In this document: positions 53,101 to 64,000 of the stretch, in pieces | Position numbering within the stretch: position 1 is the first letter of the stretch | How the letters are laid out: each line of letters begins with the position of its first letter | Assembly (NCBI RefSeq): GCF_039654945.1 | Contig: NW_027361727.1 | Location: 26,412,001-26,476,000, forward strand | Length of the DNA: 64,000 bases | Direction: 5' to 3' | Source of the DNA: Dendrobates tinctorius | Taxonomy: Eukaryota | Translations under genes and position numbers: made by a program | The notes under the pieces: generated by a model | The model's input: only the letters and a program-made list of their open reading frames with translations | Told to the model about the DNA's origin: nothing | Database searches by the model: none

Positions 53101-56100
53101 AGCCACCGGACTACTACCCCTAATATCCCACATCATCCCGTCAGCCAGAGCCACCGGACAACTACCCCTAATATCCCACATCATCCCTTCAGCCAGAGCC
53201 ACCGGACTACTACCCCTAATATCCCACATCATCCTGTCAGCCAGAGCCACCGGACTACTACCCCTAATATCCCACATCATCCCGTCAGCCAGAGCCACCG
53301 GACTACTACCCCTAATATCCCACATCATCCCTTCAGCCAGAGCCACCGGACAACTACCCCTAATATCCCACATCATCCTGTCTGCCAGAGCCACCGGACT
53401 ACTACCACTAATATCCCACATCAGCCAGAGCCACCGGACTACTACCCCTAATATCCCACATCATCCAGTCAGCCAGAGCCACTGGCTACTACTCCTAATA
53501 TCCCACATAATCCCATCAGCCAGAGCCACCGGACTACTACCGCTAATATCCCACATCATCCCGTCAGCCAGAGCCACTGGCTACTACCCCTAATATCCCA
53601 CATCATCCCGTCAGCCAGAGCCACCGGACTACTACCACTAATATCCCACATCATCCCGTCAGCCAGAGCCACTGGACTACTACCCCTAATATCCCACATC
53701 ATCCCATCAGCCAGAGCCACCGGACTACTACCCCTAATATCCCACATCATTCTGTCAGCCAGAGCCACCGGACTACTACTCCTAATATCCCACATCATCC
53801 CGTCAGAGCCACCGGACTACTACCCCTAATATCCCACATCATCCCGTCAGCCAGAGCCACCGGACTACTACCCCTAATATCCCACATCATCCCGTCAGCC
53901 AGAGCCACCGGACTACTACCCATAATATCCCACATCATCCCTTCAGCCAGAGCCACCGGACTACTACCCCTAATATCCCACATCATCCCGTCAGCCAGAG
54001 CCACCGGACTACTACCCCTAATATCCCACATCATCCCTTCAGCCAGAGCCACCGGACTACTACCCCTAATATCCCACATCATCCCTTCAGCCAGAGCCAC
54101 CGGACTACTACCCCTAATATCCCACATCATCCCGTCAGCCAGAGCCACCGGACTACTACCCCTAATATCCCACATCATCCCGTCAGCCAGAGCCACCGGA
54201 CTACTACCCCTAATATCCCACATCATCCCGTCAGCCAGAGCCACCGGACTACTACCCCTAATATCCCACATCATCCCTTCAGCCAGAGCCACCGGACAAC
54301 TACCCCTAATATCCCACATCATCCTGTCTGCCAGAGCCACCGGACTACTACCCCTAATATCCCACATCATCCCATCAGCCAGAGCCACCGGACTACTACC
54401 CCTAATATCCCACATCATCCCGTCAGCCAGAGCCACTGGCTACTACCCCTAATATCCCACATCATCCCTTCAGCCAGAGCCACCGGACAACTACCCCTAA
54501 TATCCCACATCATCCTGTCTGCCAGAGCCACCGGACTACTACCCCTAATATCCCACATCATCCCATCAGCCAGAGCCACCGGACTACTACCCCTAATATC
54601 CCACATCATCCCGTCAGCCAGAGCCACCGGACTACTACCCCTAATATCCCACATCATCCCTTCAGCCAGAGCCACCGGACAACTACCCCTAATATCCCAC
54701 ATCATCCTGTCTGCCAGAGCCACCGGACAACTACCACTAATATCCCACATCATCCCATCAGCCAGAGCCACCGGACTACTACCCCTAATATCCCACATCA
54801 TCCCGTCAGCCAGAGCCACTGGCTACTACCCCTAATATCCCACATCATCCCGTCAGCCAGAGCCACCAGACTACTACCACTAATATCCCACATCATCCCG
54901 TCAGCCAGAGCCACCGGACTACTACCCCTAATATCCCACATCATCCTGTCAGCCAGAGCCACCGGACTACTACTCCTAATATCCCACATAATCCCATCAG
55001 CCAGAGCCACCGGACTACTACCCCTAATATCCCACATCATCCCGTCAGCCAGAGCCACCGGACTACTACCACTAATATCCCACATCATCCCGTCAGCCAG
55101 AACCACCAGACTACTACCCCTAATATCCCACATCATCCCGTCAGCCAGAGCCACCGGACTACTACCACTAATATCCCACATCATCCCGTCAGCCAGAGCC
55201 ACCAGACTACTACCCCTAATATCCCACATCATCTCGTCAGCCAGAGCCACCGGACTACTACCCCTAGTATCCCACATCATCCCGTCAGCCAGAGCCACCG
55301 GACTACTACCCCTAATATCCCACATCATCCTGTCAGCCAGAGCCAACGGACTACTACCCCTAATATCCCACATCATCCTGTCAGCCAGAGCCACCGGACT
55401 ACTACCACTAATATCCCACATCATCCCGTCAGCCAGAACCACCAGACTACTACCCCTAATATCCCACATCATCCTGTCAGCCAGAGCCACCGGACTACTA
55501 CCCCTAATATCCCACATCATCCCGTCAGCCAGAGCCACCGGACTACTACCCCTAATATCCCACATCATCCTGTCAGCCAGAGCCACCGGACTACTACCCC
55601 TAATATCCCACATCATCCAGTCAGCCAGAGCTACCAGACTACTACCCCTAATATCCCACATCATCCCGTCAGCCAGAGCCACCGGACTACTACCCCTAAT
55701 ATCCCACATCATCCTGTCAGCCAGAGCCAACGGACTACTACCCCTAATATCCCACATCATCCCGTCAGCCAGAGCCACCGGACTACTACCCCTAATATCC
55801 CACATCATCCTGTCAGCCAGAGCCACCGGACTACTACCCCTAATATCCCACATCATCCTGTCAGCCAGAGCCACCGGACTACTACCCCTAATATCCAACA
55901 TCATCCCGTCAGCCAGAGCCACCGGACTACTACCCCTAATATCCCACATCATCCTGTCAGCCAGAGGCACCGGACTACTACCCCTAATATCCCACATCAT
56001 CCCATCAGCCATAGCCACCGGACTACTACTCCTAATATCCCACATCATCCTGTCAGCCAGAGCTACCGGACTACTACCCCTAATATCCCACATCATCCCA

Positions 56101-59100
56101 TCAGCCATAGCCACCGGACTACTACCCCTAATATCCCACATCATCCCATCAGCCATAGCCACCGGACTACTACCCCTAATATCCCACATCATCCCGTCAG
56201 CCAGAGCCACCGGACTACTACCACTAATATCCCACATCATCCCATCAGCCAGAGCCACCGGACTACTACCCCTAATATCCCACATCATCCCTTCAGCCAG
56301 AGCCACCGGACTACTACCCCTAATATCCCACATCATCCCGTCAGCCAGAGCCACCGGACTACTACCCCTAATATCCCACATAATCCCGTCTGCCAGAGCC
56401 ACCGGACTACTACCACTAATATCCCACATCAGCCAGAGCCACCGAATTACTACCCCTAATATCCCACATCATCCCGTCAGCCAGAGCCACTGGCTACTAC
56501 CCCTAATATCCCACATAATCCCGTCAGCCAGAGCCACCGGACTACTACCCCTAATATCCCACATCATCCCGTCAGCCAGAGCCACCGGACTACTACCCCT
56601 AATATCCCACATCATCCTGTCAGCCAGAGCCACCGGACTACTACCCCTAATATCCCACATCATCCCATCAGCCAGAGCCACCGGACTACTACCCCTAATA
56701 TCCCACATCATCCCGTCAGCCAGAGCCACCGGACTACTACCCCTAATATCCCACATCATCCTGTCAGCCAGAGCCACCGGACTACTACCCCTAATATCCC
56801 ACATCATCCCGTCAGCCAGAGCCACTGGCTACTACTCCTAATATCCCACATAATTCCATCAGCCAGAGCCACCGGACTACTACCCATAATATCCCACATC
56901 ATCCCGTCAGCCAGAGCCACCGGACTACTACCCCTAATATCCCACATCATCCTGTCAGCCAGAGCCACCGGACTACTACCCCTAATATCCCACATCATCC
57001 CGTCAGCCAGAGCCACTGGCTACTACTCCTAATATCCCACATAATCCCATCAGCCAGAGCCACCGGACTACTACCCCTAATATCCCACATCATCCCGTCA
57101 GCCAGAGCCACCGGACTACTACCCCTAATATCCCACATCATCCTGTCAGCCAGAGCCAACGGACTACTACCCCTAATATCCCACATCATCCCGTCAGCCA
57201 GAGCCACTGGCTACTACTCCTAATATCCCACATAATCCCATCAGCCAGAGCCACCGGACTACTACCCCTAATATCCCACATCATCCCGTCAGCCAGAGCC
57301 ACTGGCTACTACCCCTAATATCCCACATCATCCCGTCAGCCAGAGCCACCGGACTACTACCCCTAATATCCCACATCATCCCGTCAGCCAGAGCCACCAG
57401 ACTACTACCCCTAATATCCCACATCATCCCGTCAGCCAGAGCCACCGGACTACTACCCCTAATATCCCACTTCATCCCGTCAGCCAGAGCCACCGGACTA
57501 CTACCCCTAATATCCCACATCATCCTGTCAGCCAGAGCCACCGGACTACTACTCCTAATATCCCACATAATCCCATCAGCCAGAGCCACCGGACTACTAC
57601 CCCTAATATCCCACATCATCCCATCAGCCAGAGCCACCGGACTACTACCCCTAATATCCCACATCATCCCGTCAGCCAGAGCCAACGGACTACTACCACT
57701 AATATCCCACATCATCCTGTCAGCCAGAGCCAACGGACTACTACCACTAATATCCCACATCATCCCGTCAGCCAGAGCCAACGGACTACTACCCCTAATA
57801 TCCCACATCATCCTGTCAGCCAGAGCCAATGGACTACTACTCCTAATATCCCACATCATCCCGTCAGCCAGAGCCAACGGACTACTACCCCTAATATCCC
57901 ACATAATCCCATCAGCCAGAGCCACCGGACTACTACCCCTAATATCCCACATCATCCCATCAGCCAGAGCCAACGGACTACTACCACTAATATCCCACAT
58001 CATCCTGTCAGCCAGAGCCAACGGACTACTACCACTAATATCCCACATCATCCCGTCAGCCAGAGCCACCGGACTACTACCCCTAAAATCACACATCATC
58101 CCGTCAGCCAGAGCCAACGGACTACTACTCCTAATATCCCACATAATCCCATCAGCCAGAGCCACCGGACTACTACCCCTAATATCCCACATCATCCCAT
58201 CAGCCAGAGCCAACGGACTACTACCCCTAATATCCCACATCATCCCGTCAGCCAGAGCCACCGGACTACTACCCCTAATATCCCACATCATCCCATCAGC
58301 CAGAGCCAACGGACTACTACCCCTAATATCCCACATCATCCCGTCAGCCAGAGCCACCGGACTACTACCCCTAATATCCCACATCATCCCATCAGCCAGA
58401 GCCAACGGACTACTACCCCTAATATCCCACATCATCCCGTCAGCCAGAGCCACCGGACTACTACCCCTAATATCCCACATCATCCCGTCAGCCAGAGCCA
58501 CCGGACTACTACCCCTAATATCCCACATCATCCTGTCAGCCAGAGCCAACGGACTACTACCACTAATATCCCACATCATCCTGTCAGCCAGAGCCACCGG
58601 ACTACTGCCCCTAATATCCCACATCATCCCGTCAGCCAGAGCCACCGGACTACTCCCCCTAATATCCCACATCATCCCATCAGCCAGAGCCACCGGACTA
58701 CTACCCCTAATATCCCACATCATCCCGTCAGCCAGAGCCAACGGACTACTACTCCTAATATCCCACATAATCCCATCAGCCAGAGCCACCGGACTACTAC
58801 CCCTAATATCCCACATCATCCCATCAGCCAGAGCCAACGGACTACTACCCCTAATATCCCACATCATCCCGTCAGCCAGAGCCACCGGACTACTACCCCT
58901 AATATCCCACATCATCCCGTCAGCCAGAGCCACCGGACTACTACCCCTAATATCCCACATCATCCCGTCAGCCAGAGCCACCGGACTACTACCCCTAATA
59001 TCCCACATCATCCTGTCAGCCAGAGCCACCGGACTACTCCCCCTAATATCCCACATCATCCCATCAGCCAGAGCCACCGGACTACTACCCCTAATACCCA

Positions 59101-59116
59101 CATGATCCTGTCAGCC
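47198..59116. repeat. 48-bp satellite, ~11.9 kb (~250 copies)
   Basis: Unit TAATATCCCACATCATCCCGTCAGCCAGAGCCACCGGACTACTACCCC, strongly C/A strand-biased. Confidence 0.99.
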
Positions 59117-59420
59117 TGTGGTCAGAATCAGAGCGCTGAGTGGATTTGCCCTGACTTCCATACCGGAGATCCCTTTAAGAGAGGCCTGGGGTCAGTAGAA
59201 AGCACAGAGTGATGTTTCGGCTCTGCGCTCTATGCGCTTTCCAACCTGTGTTACCTGATAACGACTATTTGGGGGTCGGCCACCACATCTCCAAGATCCT
59301 ATCCCAAAGTGCAATAATAATAATATTAGCAAATACCGCAATTAAAAATTTAACATAGTTTTTCTGATAAGCTATGTCACTCACTCCATGTGGAGGGCAT
59401 TGTTGTAGCTTAGGTATCCA

Positions 59421-62400
59421 TAATAATAATAATAATAAATTTTATTTTTATAGCGCCGACATATTCCGCAGCACTTTACATTTCGGAGGGGATTTGTACA
59501 GACAATAGACATTACAGCATAACAATAATCACATACAGTAGATTATAACAAATACCAAGAGGAGAGAGGGCCCTGCTCGCAAGCTTACAGTCTATGAGGA
59601 AAGAGGTAGACACGAAAGGTGGGTGGTAACAGTTGCCCTGATTGTATGGACCAGCCATAATGTTAAGTGTGTAACAGTACAGACACAGAGGGCTAATGGA
59701 TGCATAAAGCATGTGGGAACATGATGCTGGGAACCTGGTTATGGTAAAATTTTTGGCTCTGCCACACAGGGATAGGTTAGGTTAATGTGTTGAGGCGATA
59801 GGCCAGTCTGAATAAATGTGTTTTCAGGACACGCTTAAAATTGTGGGGATTGGGGACTAATCGTATTGACCTGGGAAGTGCATTCCAAAGAATTGGCGCG
59901 GCACGTGTAAAGTCTTGGAGACGGGAGTGGGAGGTTCTGACTATTGAGGATACTAACCTCAGGTCATCAGCAGAACGGAGGGCGCAGGTAGGGTGGTATA
60001 CTGAAACAAGGGAGGAGATGTAGGGTGGTGCTGAGCCATGGAGGGCTTTGTGGGTGAGGGTAATAAGTTTATACTGAATTCTGGAGTGGATGGGTAGCCA
60101 GTGTAATGACTGGCACAAGGTAGAGGCATCGGTGTAACGATTGGTGAGGAATATGATCCTGGCTGCAGCATTCAAGACAGATTGGAGAGGGGAGAGTTTT
60201 GTAAGAGGGAGACCGATTAGAAGAGAGTTACAATAGTCGAGATGAGAATGAATAAGAGAAACAGTAAGAGTTTTTGCAGAGTCAAAAGTAAGAAAAGGTC
60301 GAATTCTAGAAATGTTTTTGAGGTGCAGATGACAAGAGCGAGCCAGTGATCGAATGTGGGGGGCAAAGGAAAGCTCGGAATCAAGTATGACCCCAAGACA
60401 GCGGGCATGTTGCTGGGGAGTAATAGTGGAACCACAGACGGAAATGGCAATGTCGGGTGTAGGTACATTAGTAGCGGGAGGAAACACAAGGAGTTCAGTC
60501 TTTGACAGGTTCAGTTTCAGATATAGTGAGGACATGATATTAGACACAGCGTTTAGACAATCGCCAGTGTTTTCTAGAAAGGCTGGCGTGATGTCAGGAG
60601 AAGAAGCGTATAATTGGGTGTCATCAGCATAGAGATGGTACTGGAAACCAAATCTACTGATTGTTTGACCAATAGGGGCAGTGTACAAGGAGAAGAGGAG
60701 GGGGCCTAGAACCGATCCTTGAGGAACCCCAACAGTAAGGGGAAGGTGAGAGGAGGAGGAACCGGCAAAAGAAACAGTAAAGGAGCGGTCGGAGAGATAG
60801 GAGGAGAACCAGGAGAGAACGGTGTCCTTGAGGCCAATGGAATGGAGCATAGTGAGGAGGAGCTGATGATCCACAGTGTCGAATGCTGCAGAGAGATCCA
60901 AGAGAATTAGCATGGAGTAATGACCATTTGATTTAGCTGTTAGCAGATCATTAGAGACTTTAGTGAGGGCAGTTTCAGTGGAGTGTAAAGAGCGGAAACT
61001 GGATTGGAGAGGGTCGAGAACAGAGTTTTCTGAGAGATAGCGGATAAGACGGGAGTGGACCAGGCGTTCCAGGAGTTTAGAGATGAAGGGAAGATTAGAG
61101 ACAGGTCTATAGTTAGCGGCACAGTTTTGGTCGAGGGATGGTTTTTTAAGTAGTGGATGTATGATGGCATGCTTAAATGAGGAGGGAAAAATACCAGAAG
61201 AGAGAGAGAGGTTAAATATTTTAGTTAGGTGAGGGGTGACAGCAGGGGAAAGGGACTGGAGGAGATGTGACGGAAATGGGTCACTGGTGCAAGTAGTTGG
61301 GCGAGAAGATGCAAGGAGCCTGCTTACTTCTTCTTCTGTGACTGGTTCAAAATCAGAGAGTGAGTTAGATGCAGTGGGGGAGGGAGGACAGTGCATGGTA
61401 TGAGGGGATTTGGAGATAATTTCCTGTCGGATCTGGTCAATTTTTTCTTTGAAGTAATTGGCCAGATCGTCAGCTCGGAGCTCAGTGGTTGGGGCCTGTA
61501 CTCTTGGATTGAGTAGAGAATGAAAAGTGTCAAAGAGACGTTTCGGGTTATTGGACAGTGAGATGATGAGGGTGTTGAAATAGGTTTGTTTGGAGAGGTG
61601 AAGGGCAGTGTTGTATGTTCTAAGCATAAACTTAAAATGGATGAAATCTTCGTGTAGATTGGATTTTCTCCACAGACGTTCGGCGCACCTGGAGCACCGC
61701 TGCAGGAAACGTGTTTGCACCGTGTGCCAGGGTTGTCGCCGTCTGCGTTGTGGTGTTCTATTTATAGGGGGTGCAAATTCATCCAGGGCAGTTTGAAGTG
61801 TTTCATTGTAATGCTTCAATGCAGAATCAGGACATGAGAGGGAGGAGATAGGGGCCAATGAAGACTGCAAGTTCTTCAAAAGTTTCTGGGTGTTAATGGC
61901 CTGTGTGTTTCTATAAGTCTGGACAGTGGGGGTGACCTGAGCAGCCTGGCAGTTCTTTATAGAGAATGAAAGAAGATTGTGGTCAGAGAGCGGGAGAGGG
62001 GAGTTTGCAAAATCATCCACTGCACAAAGCCGAGAGAAGACCAAGTCGAGGGAGTTTCCGTCTTCATGCGTTGGAGAATTAGTAAGCTGCGAAAGGCCAA
62101 ATGAGGAGGTTAGAGATAAAAGGTGAGTAGCAGATGGTGAGAGGGGAAGAGCAATGGGGATGTTGAAATCTCCCATGATGAGGGTAGGGATGTCACAGGA
62201 GAGAAAATGTGGAAGCCAAGTGGCAAAATGATCCAGGAACTGATGGGAGGGGCCGGGAGGACGATACACCACCGCCAGTCGCATGGAGAAGGGGGTGTAG
62301 AGTCTGACGGCATGGACCTCAAAAGAAGGGAAGACAAGTGAGGGTACTTGAGGGATAACCTGAAAGGTACATTTTGGTGATAGGAGCAGACCAACGCCTC

Positions 62401-62440
62401 CACCAGCTCTATTGTCTGATCTTGGGGTATGAGAGAAGTG
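59421..62440 (-). mobile_element. 5'-truncated L2-clade LINE
   Basis: ORF2 is followed by a 3'UTR ending TGTAAAGTGCTGCGGAATATGTCGGCGCTATAAAAATAAA and a (TTA)n tail. Confidence 0.92.
59777..62440 (-). CDS. L2 ORF2 (partial APE endonuclease + reverse transcriptase), uninterrupted but lacking its N-terminus
   Basis: GGGVG, VVYRPP, GDFN, LDLV, SDH; [39 protein letters not shown]. The frame is open from 62440 to the stop. Confidence 0.93.
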   Translation of the reverse strand, partial: HFSHTPRSDNRAGGGVGLLLSPKCTFQVIPQVPSLVFPSFEVHAVRLYTPFSMRLAVVYRPPGPSHQFLDHFATWLPHFLSCDIPTLIMGDFNIPIALPLSPSATHLLSLTSSFGLSQLTNSPTHEDGNSLDLVFSRLCAVDDFANSPLPLSDHNLLSFSIKNCQAAQVTPTVQTYRNTQAINTQKLLKNLQSSLAPISSLSCPDSALKHYNETLQTALDEFAPPINRTPQRRRRQPWHTVQTRFLQRCSRCAERLWRKSNLHEDFIHFKFMLRTYNTALHLSKQTYFNTLIISLSNNPKRLFDTFHSLLNPRVQAPTTELRADDLANYFKEKIDQIRQEIISKSPHTMHCPPSPTASNSLSDFEPVTEEEVSRLLASSRPTTCTSDPFPSHLLQSLSPAVTPHLTKIFNLSLSSGIFPSSFKHAIIHPLLKKPSLDQNCAANYRPVSNLPFISKLLERLVHSRLIRYLSENSVLDPLQSSFRSLHSTETALTKVSNDLLTAKSNGHYSMLILLDLSAAFDTVDHQLLLTMLHSIGLKDTVLSWFSSYLSDRSFTVSFAGSSSSHLPLTVGVPQGSVLGPLLFSLYTAPIGQTISRFGFQYHLYADDTQLYASSPDITPAFLENTGDCLNAVSNIMSSLYLKLNLSKTELLVFPPATNVPTPDIAISVCGSTITPQQHARCLGVILDSELSFAPHIRSLARSCHLHLKNISRIRPFLTFDSAKTLTVSLIHSHLDYCNSLLIGLPLTKLSPLQSVLNAAARIIFLTNRYTDASTLCQSLHWLPIHSRIQYKLITLTHKALHGSAPPYISSLVSVYHPTCALRSADDLRLVSSIVRTSHSRLQDFTRAAPILWNALPRSIRLVPNPHNFKRVLKTHLFRLAYRLNTLT

Positions 62441-62583
62441 TTACGACCACTCATGTAGTGACAGTTGTTACTGGTTGCAACCAAGCTACTACTATATGCT
62501 GTACTTGGGGTAACAGCAAATCAGAAGAACTATACTATACTCTTTCTAATTGGATGCAATTGCTAATATTATTATTATTATTA

Positions 62584-63291
62584 TGTAAGGCAACAAGCAG
62601 GAATGCGGGATGCAGTGACGGGACGCAGGCAGAGTAAGGGTTAAACAGGTTTATTTACAGGGGAATGTACTCCATGCAGGGAGTGAGGGATTATAGGGTG
62701 ATGATAAGGAATGGGGCAGAACTGGGAGAATGACAGGGTAGGTCAGGGATGAACGAAAGTTCAGTAATAAAGAGGTGAAACTTATCAGTCTGTAGTCTTC
62801 TTGGGTGCAGCCCCAACGGTGCAACGACACTCAACGGGTTCCAACGGTGGCACCGACAACAGCATCACATGACATGTCGGTGAGGTCTGTAACAGGCGGG
62901 GATCCAACGGTGGCACCGACAACAGCAGCACATGACATCTCGGTGAGGTCTGTAACAGGCGGGGATCCAACGGTGGCACTGACAACAGCGGCACGGGACA
63001 TCTCGACGAAGTCTCTGGGAGGCAGGAATATTTCCCGTGCTCAAATGTATCTAGCACGGTACTGAGTCTAGTGTGGGGAACCGCTGGAAAGGGACTTTGC
63101 TCCACAGTGCACACAAGTCCTTGTTAGCGAGGCTCTGTCGTAGCGCTTTCCCGGCTCTCCTGGCTGAGCAGGAAGCTCCGTCCCTCCCCTCCGTCCTCCT
63201 CTCTCAGGCTTCCCACCGGAAACAGAGAATGCAGTCTTTTTAGTTCCGGACCCGGCATGCTGGTACCCGCGGTCCGGTCAACCTCCTTACA
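62584..63291 (-). mobile_element. Solo LTR (708 bp) with ~57-bp internal repeats
   Basis: TGTAAGG...CCTTACA termini and a 4-bp TSD ATTA. Shares GGTTTATTTACAGGG (minus-strand AATAAA) with the LTRs at 20850 and 23970. Confidence 0.88.
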
Positions 63292-63986
63292 ATTACACCT
63301 ACTACATATTGGGAAATATGAAATGAATTTGCTTGATGCTCTCTATTCCGGATATATCCTTTTGGCTTTGTGCACAAACCCAGTGTGAACTTAGTCTAAC
63401 AGAAGCCAGCTGTCTTACAATGTATTATTACATTTTCCTAATTCCTTGCAATACAAAGGCCTTGGGTTTACGAGCAACCGTGGACCACATCGTCATGGAC
63501 TCTGTATGTTGTTTCTCTTGTTTCTCCGATTTGGTAACCATCTTGATAGATTAGAGGCACTGAATGTGAAATCGACCTCATGTCAATGAATCTGATAGAG
63601 AAATAGGATTTTAAGCCCCATTGCAGAAAAAGACTGATGTCACTTACGGTCTTGGTGCCACAATATGAAATTTTGTTATAAAAAAAAATGTAAATATAAT
63701 TGGGGACGGTATGCATAAAATGCGCACATTATGTTAATGAGAGAGAGAACAATGCCTGCAGGGAAATTCTCTTCTTCTGCTATAAGACCCACTGGAAACA
63801 GAATACTTTTACTTTGATTTTTGCGAAGAATGAATTTGCAACCTCAAGAGTAAAAATGCACATAGAAGGGGTGGATAGAAATCCATAAATAACTCCTTCC
63901 CTGTGAAATAAGAGAAAATATCCAGCTCTTTGGGAGGATTAGTAAAGCCGTGCATGCGGAATCCATATTTGTCACTGAGGGGCACA

Positions 63987-64000
63987 GCTGCCATCTAGTG
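63987..64000 (-). promoter_or_regulatory. Possible CTCF site (cut by the window edge)
   Basis: The reverse complement CACTAGATGGCAGC matches the CTCF core consensus. Motif match only. Confidence 0.3.

Larger units (their letters stand above)
59300..63320. mobile_element. Fold-back MITE hosting the L2 and solo-LTR insertions
   Basis: Left caataataataatattagcaaat..caattaaaaa is inverted relative to right ttctaattgg..ttgctaatattattattatt. The arms are separated by the nested inserts. Confidence 0.6.

Noticed and set aside
47106-59101. Long minus-strand ORFs (MMWDIRGSSPVALADG)n
   Set aside because: Artefact of a 48-bp unit (multiple of 3) with no stop in one frame; broken by indel variants.

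Overview
Repeat-dense eukaryotic genomic DNA. The repeat repertoire suggests an anuran (frog) genome, which is an inference. No host protein-coding exon could be identified with confidence. In order, the window holds: (1) the 3' end of a hAT DNA transposon with an internal 124-bp tandem array, inserted into the ORF1 of a minus-strand Tx1-like retroelement; (2) a ~7.3-kb 35-bp AT-rich satellite, abutted on the left by that element's 5' end and split by a second, plus-strand Tx1-like element that encodes only a ZCCHC3-like ORF1 (no EN/RT); (3) a pol-less, gag-only LTR retrotransposon with a tRNA-Ser PBS; (4) four solo LTRs; (5) many hAT, Harbinger and TTAA-type MITEs; (6) several Penelope/retrozyme-type short insertions carrying hammerhead ribozyme motifs; (7) a near-intact Tc1 (DD34E) element; (8) a 12-kb 48-bp satellite starting next to Helitron-like termini; (9) a young 5'-truncated L2 LINE. 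The most interesting signal is an apparent satellite-targeted Tx1 system: two related families joined to the same spot of the 35-bp monomer in opposite orientations, one of them an ORF1-only non-autonomous derivative. A second notable signal is a dispersed hammerhead-bearing short repeat family that also carries octamer and CTCF-like motifs.
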